Assembly (NCBI GenBank): GCA_030390025.1
Contig: CM059432.1
Location: forward strand, 16,246,001 to 16,310,000
Direction: 5' to 3'
Length of the DNA stretch: 64,000 bases
Origin: Squalus acanthias
Lineage: Eukaryota
The notes beneath the pieces were generated by a model. That model was not told where the DNA came from. It made no database searches and saw nothing but the letters and a program-made list of their open reading frames with translations. Positions 60,046 to 64,000 of the stretch are shown in pieces; positions within the stretch are counted from its first letter, which is position 1, and each line of letters opens with the position of its first letter. The position numbers were made by a program, and so were the translations under genes.

Positions 60046-61444
60046 CAAGATTGGTTTAATGAGAACCATAAATCCATCTCACTTCTGCTTGGCTCTGGTC
60101 CAATAACCAAGAAGGTTACTTTGCCAATGAAGTGCAGATCAGACTACACCAAATGCAAGATCAATGGTGGGAAGTGTAGAGATTAGGCCAATTAGCAGCT
60201 TATATCTAGTCTTTCAAATAATCAGGATCGACTGCAAACCAAAATGGTGGGTATATTGTGTTTAATCAGAGTTTAAGATGGAATATAACATACTAGTTAT
60301 ACAACAAAAACATATGACCGCGACAAGCAGCTGGTACCGGTCCCAATTGGACAGCGTGTGTGAACAGTTCTCTGGTTTGCGGCCTCTCTTCCTCTCGTCC
60401 AGAACCTCCGAGTTGGTGAGCATCACTCTCGAAAGAGCATTCGACCAGCCCAACTTCTGCTTGGCTCTTCCCTCTACCATCTGCGTGGGCAAGCACGCGG
60501 GGTGTTACTTTTATTCTCTTTTAGGGGTGGGCCTGAGGCCAAATTATTGACAAGACCATCTAACCTATGGAGGTTACCCAATTGGGCATTGAGTTCTTTG
60601 TCTCAATTCTTGGATGAAAGCCCTCCCCAAAAGGGGTCTCATGATCTCATCCAATTTGTCTTATTGTTTAATCTTTCTGAAGGTTCTTCCTTTGGAATTT
60701 GTATCTTATCTCCCTGGTCCCAATCCTCCCTGGTACAATTGGAACTAGGCCTGGCCTTGTACCCTTTCAATCATGAGGCGTAAGCCAGAGCTGCCCCACT
60801 TCAGCCAGTTATCATCTCGCTTTCATCTAGCAAACTGCTCCATCCTGAGATGGATACCCTAACCTCCCCAAATTCCTTCCATTCTAAGTCTTTTTATACT
60901 AATTAATTTTTAATTATCTTCACAAGCAGTTTTGTTAAGCTAACTCCAATTCCTACCTTAGCATTATATCATGGTTATTAGTAATAATAGAAGAAACGTA
61001 GGCATTGAGCCTTAGTTGGTCCAATTAGAGATAGAAACAATGTTGAAATCCTAACTCGAAAACAGCAGATAGTTAGCTTGGAAACAAGATTATTTATGAC
61101 CGTCACACTGCAGAATGCTATAACATCCGCAGGGAACCAAAACACAAGCAGATTCTAAGCATCTATCCAATTCTAATACTAGTCTGAAGAGACTTTTTGT
61201 CTCCAGTTCTAATACCATCATGTAAACACAGCATGATTCGTGTCACAATTTTACCTGCCCAACCACATACATTTTGGACACCCTGATTTCTAACAGAAGC
61301 TTAGGCAGAAAAGTTGCAGGGGTATGCAAGAGGCATCATACGAGACAGGTCTAAAGACTATGGTCCACATCATAATGGGATGGTACCGATAAAGTGAGCT
61401 GGTGGATCACTGATAATCGATTGAGAGGCAATATGCCACCAATG

Positions 61445-61975
61445 GACCATAGGAACAGGAGGCCATTCAGCCCCTTGAGCCTGTTCCATTAGATCATGCC
61501 TTATCTGTACATCAACTCCATTTACCCACCTTTTCTCCATGTACCCTTGCCTAACAACAAAATCTAAAATTCTCAATCTTAAATTTCAATTGGCTCAGCA
61601 TCCACCACTTTATGGGGTGGGAAGCAGGGAAGTTCCAGACTACCCTGGGTGAGTAGGGCTTCCTGATATCACTCCTAAATGGTCTAGCTCTAAGGTTAAG
61701 ATTATGCCCTCTTGTTCCAGATTTCCCCCTTACTCAGGCAATAAGTTTTCCTGTATCAACCCTATTGCTTACCTTTTATCAATTAGATCACCCCTCAATC
61801 TTAATACAAACTAAGTTTATGCAACCTGTCCTCATAACCCTTGAAGCCCCGGTATCATTCTGATGAATCTGCACTCTCCAAGGCTGATACTTCTCCAGAG
61901 GTGTGAGGTGCTTTGCGCAGTGCCCAAAACTGAACACAGTACTCCAGATGGTGTCTGACCAAGGTTCTGTACAAT
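61445..61975 (-). mobile_element. Old CR1 LINE 3' fragment
   Basis: GGAACAGGAGGCCATTCAGCCCC 3'UTR and degenerate LEYCVQFWA region in reverse. Confidence 0.7.
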
Positions 61976-62340
61976 TCCTCTTTGGCCTTATCCCTTTGTT
62001 GCTTTTTATAGCTTTCCTAGTCTGTTTCTTTGAAGGGTTGCTCAAGAGTCATTTATTACTGAGGAAGCATTGGACTCCACAAGAGGCCAAAGTTGACGTC
62101 TTAGATGCTCCACTGACCCTCGGGGACACAGGCCAACACAAGGTCTATAAAGCATAGCAAAGCACCAGTACCTGATGGCAGTCCAGGAGCAATTTTATGT
62201 TGAACTTTACTGAGCGCCTGCACAAGTTGTTCTAATTAATCTGGAGAGAGAAGGTCCTATGGGACCTAAAGGATGCAAGAACAGTCACCAATGTACAAGA
62301 ACAAAGGAGAAAAGTCTGACCGTGGTAACTATCAGGACGT

Positions 62341-62632
62341 GGGCAACACGGTGGCATAGTGGTTAGCACTGTTGCCTCACAGCGCCAGGGACCCGGGTTC
62401 GAATCCAGCCTCGGATGACTGTCTGTGTGGAATTTGCACATTCTCCCCGTGTCTGCGTGGGTTTGCTCCGGTTTCCTCCCACAGTCCAAAGATGTGCGGG
62501 TTAGGTTGATTTGGCTATGATAAATTGACCCTTAGTGTTAGGGGGGATTAAATACGGGGATAGGGTGGGATATGTGTCGGTGCAGGCTCGATGGGTCGAA
62601 ATGGCCTCTATCTGCACTGTGGGGATTCTGTG
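62341..62632 (+). mobile_element. HE1-type V-SINE (tRNA-derived)
   Basis: A box TGGCATAGTGG, B box GGTTCGAATCC, V-domain GTGTGGAATTTGCACATTCTCCCCGTGTCTGCGTGGGTTT...CCGGTTTCCTCCCACAGTCCAAAGA, CR1-like tail. Confidence 0.85.
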
Positions 62633-62639
62633 ACATCTC

Positions 62640-62930
62640 ACTTCTATCCATAGCTGGCAAGATTGAGTCAGACTCTTAATTGCCTTCTCAATATAGTGGA
62701 TAAAAAGGCTTCTGGAATCTCAATGCAACTCACAACAAGCTGAGGGACTATGGCCATGATCTTCATTGCTCACCAAATTCAGAAGTGCAGGAAGCAAAGC
62801 CAAGACCCACGTACAGCATTTGTTGACTTGACCAAAGCTTTTGACAGTCAGTCACCCAGACTTAATGAAATTTGGTTGTCTGGCAAAGATCTTGACAGTT
62901 CTGAAACAGCTCCATGATGGAATGTGTCTC
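62640..62930 (+). pseudogene. RTE-clade LINE RT fragment
   Basis: Degenerate MIFIAHQIQ.KC...AFVDLTKAFD...KFGC..K...LKQLHDGM. Confidence 0.7.
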
Positions 62931-63411
62931 AGAATGTGTAATCATGTACATGCAAGTTACTTCTTTATAGGAAGCAGGTTGTAGGATGAAGTTAGTTTTT
63001 AATAGGAAGCTGGAGAAGTATTTCTGGTAAGATGATTAATGCAATTATTTAATTTGACAATAATATTGTTAATGCCAAGTTATCATTTATCAAGCATATT
63101 AAAAATTTCACAAAATTAAGAAAAAACAATTTACTTTTTATTCATTGTTACAAACGTAGGGAAGTTATTTTCAGTTTCTAGTCAAAAGTTTCTCGTTCAG
63201 TTTTGAATATCAGTGTTACTTTTTTTGTAGTCCCATTGGGTATAGAATGAAACTATTTTCAGGCTCTCAAACATTTTTTGGAAGTTTAGACAATCATATG
63301 CATTTCTAATCAGGTATTGCAATGTGTGGCTTTACCAATTTTGGGAAAAACCTTTCCATGCCCCCCTCTCCAACTCCCAATGCTAACTGACCTGTGTATT
63401 TCCAACATTTT

Positions 63412-64000
63412 GGGGGTGAAATTGGGTGCCTTTGCGATAGCGCCACACGGCGCAAATAGCATTGCGACCGGGCATGGCGCTGACATCGACTTCCACTATA
63501 TTCGGTGGTGTTTTTGCAGTGGCGCTATGCCCCGACCTCCTTCGCCCAGAGATCGTGACGTCATTACCCCGGCCTCTAAATTGATTTCCGCCCCCTGCAG
63601 CAGCGCCGGTTGAAAACACCGACAGCTGCAGGAGCCGTGTGGCAGGCGACCGTCTGGCCATCCACTTCAAGGGCGATTATTAAAGGCGAGGTGGCCGAGG
63701 TAAGTGGGGAAAAAAAACTTGCGTTTCCTATTCTAGTTTTTTTTCCCCACAGGTTTCTGCCCGCGATTGATCAGCCTGGCATTCTGCTTGAGTGCCGGGT
63801 TAATCGCGCGGGATCGTAGCTGCCTTGGTGGTCCAGGTAGGTACTTTTTAAATTGCAGAGCCTGCAGCGATGTCCCTTCCCTTTAAGGGAGGGAAGGAGC
63901 CTTTGAATGCGGCAGCGCTGCACGGCCCAGTGTGCAGAGCTGCTGAAGTCTCCACCCTGCTCTCAGACATTAGCGCCCTAAGGAGAAGTGGAGCGCTTCA
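63412..64000. mobile_element. GC-rich PIF/Harbinger-like element running off the window end
   Basis: Starts GGGGGTGAAATTGGG; CpG-rich body related to 54670-55102. Confidence 0.55.

Noticed and set aside
62341..62415. tRNA gene-like sequence (also the heads at 8095, 32365, 45320)
   Set aside because: A/B boxes continue directly into SINE bodies; these are tRNA-derived SINE heads, not tRNA genes.

Overview
Eukaryotic, repeat-dense vertebrate DNA, most likely a cartilaginous fish (shark/ray), inferred from an HE1-type V-SINE, many SacSINE1/Deu-domain-like SINEs and abundant CR1 LINEs. The only recognisable host gene is a three-exon CHRAC1 (histone-fold subunit of the chromatin accessibility complex) on the + strand: CDS 46409-46573, 53419-53542 and 57346-57503, 148 aa, with a ~1.2 kb G-rich minisatellite at the start of intron 1. 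The rest is layered transposable elements: CR1 LINEs (one young copy with an uninterrupted APE+RT ORF2 and the 3' part of an esterase ORF1), L2, another CR1-clade LINE, RTE, Penelope-like elements (RT+GIY-YIG), PIF/Harbinger relics and MITEs, hAT MITEs and a Tigger-like MITE. Most notable: (i) a U_UUA_AAC slippery heptamer directly before the CR1 ORF1 stop, whose -1 frame is an ORF2 with no AUG ahead of its endonuclease domain; (ii) minimal hammerhead-ribozyme motifs in Penelope-derived repeats, including a fold-back insertion with one hammerhead on each strand; (iii) a MITE family with conserved hairpins and ETS/NRF1 motifs; (iv) an 18-bp palindrome over the CHRAC1 exon-3 acceptor. Repeat boundaries were read by eye and are approximate unless TIR/TSD positions are given. 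Family names come from recalled motifs, not database searches.
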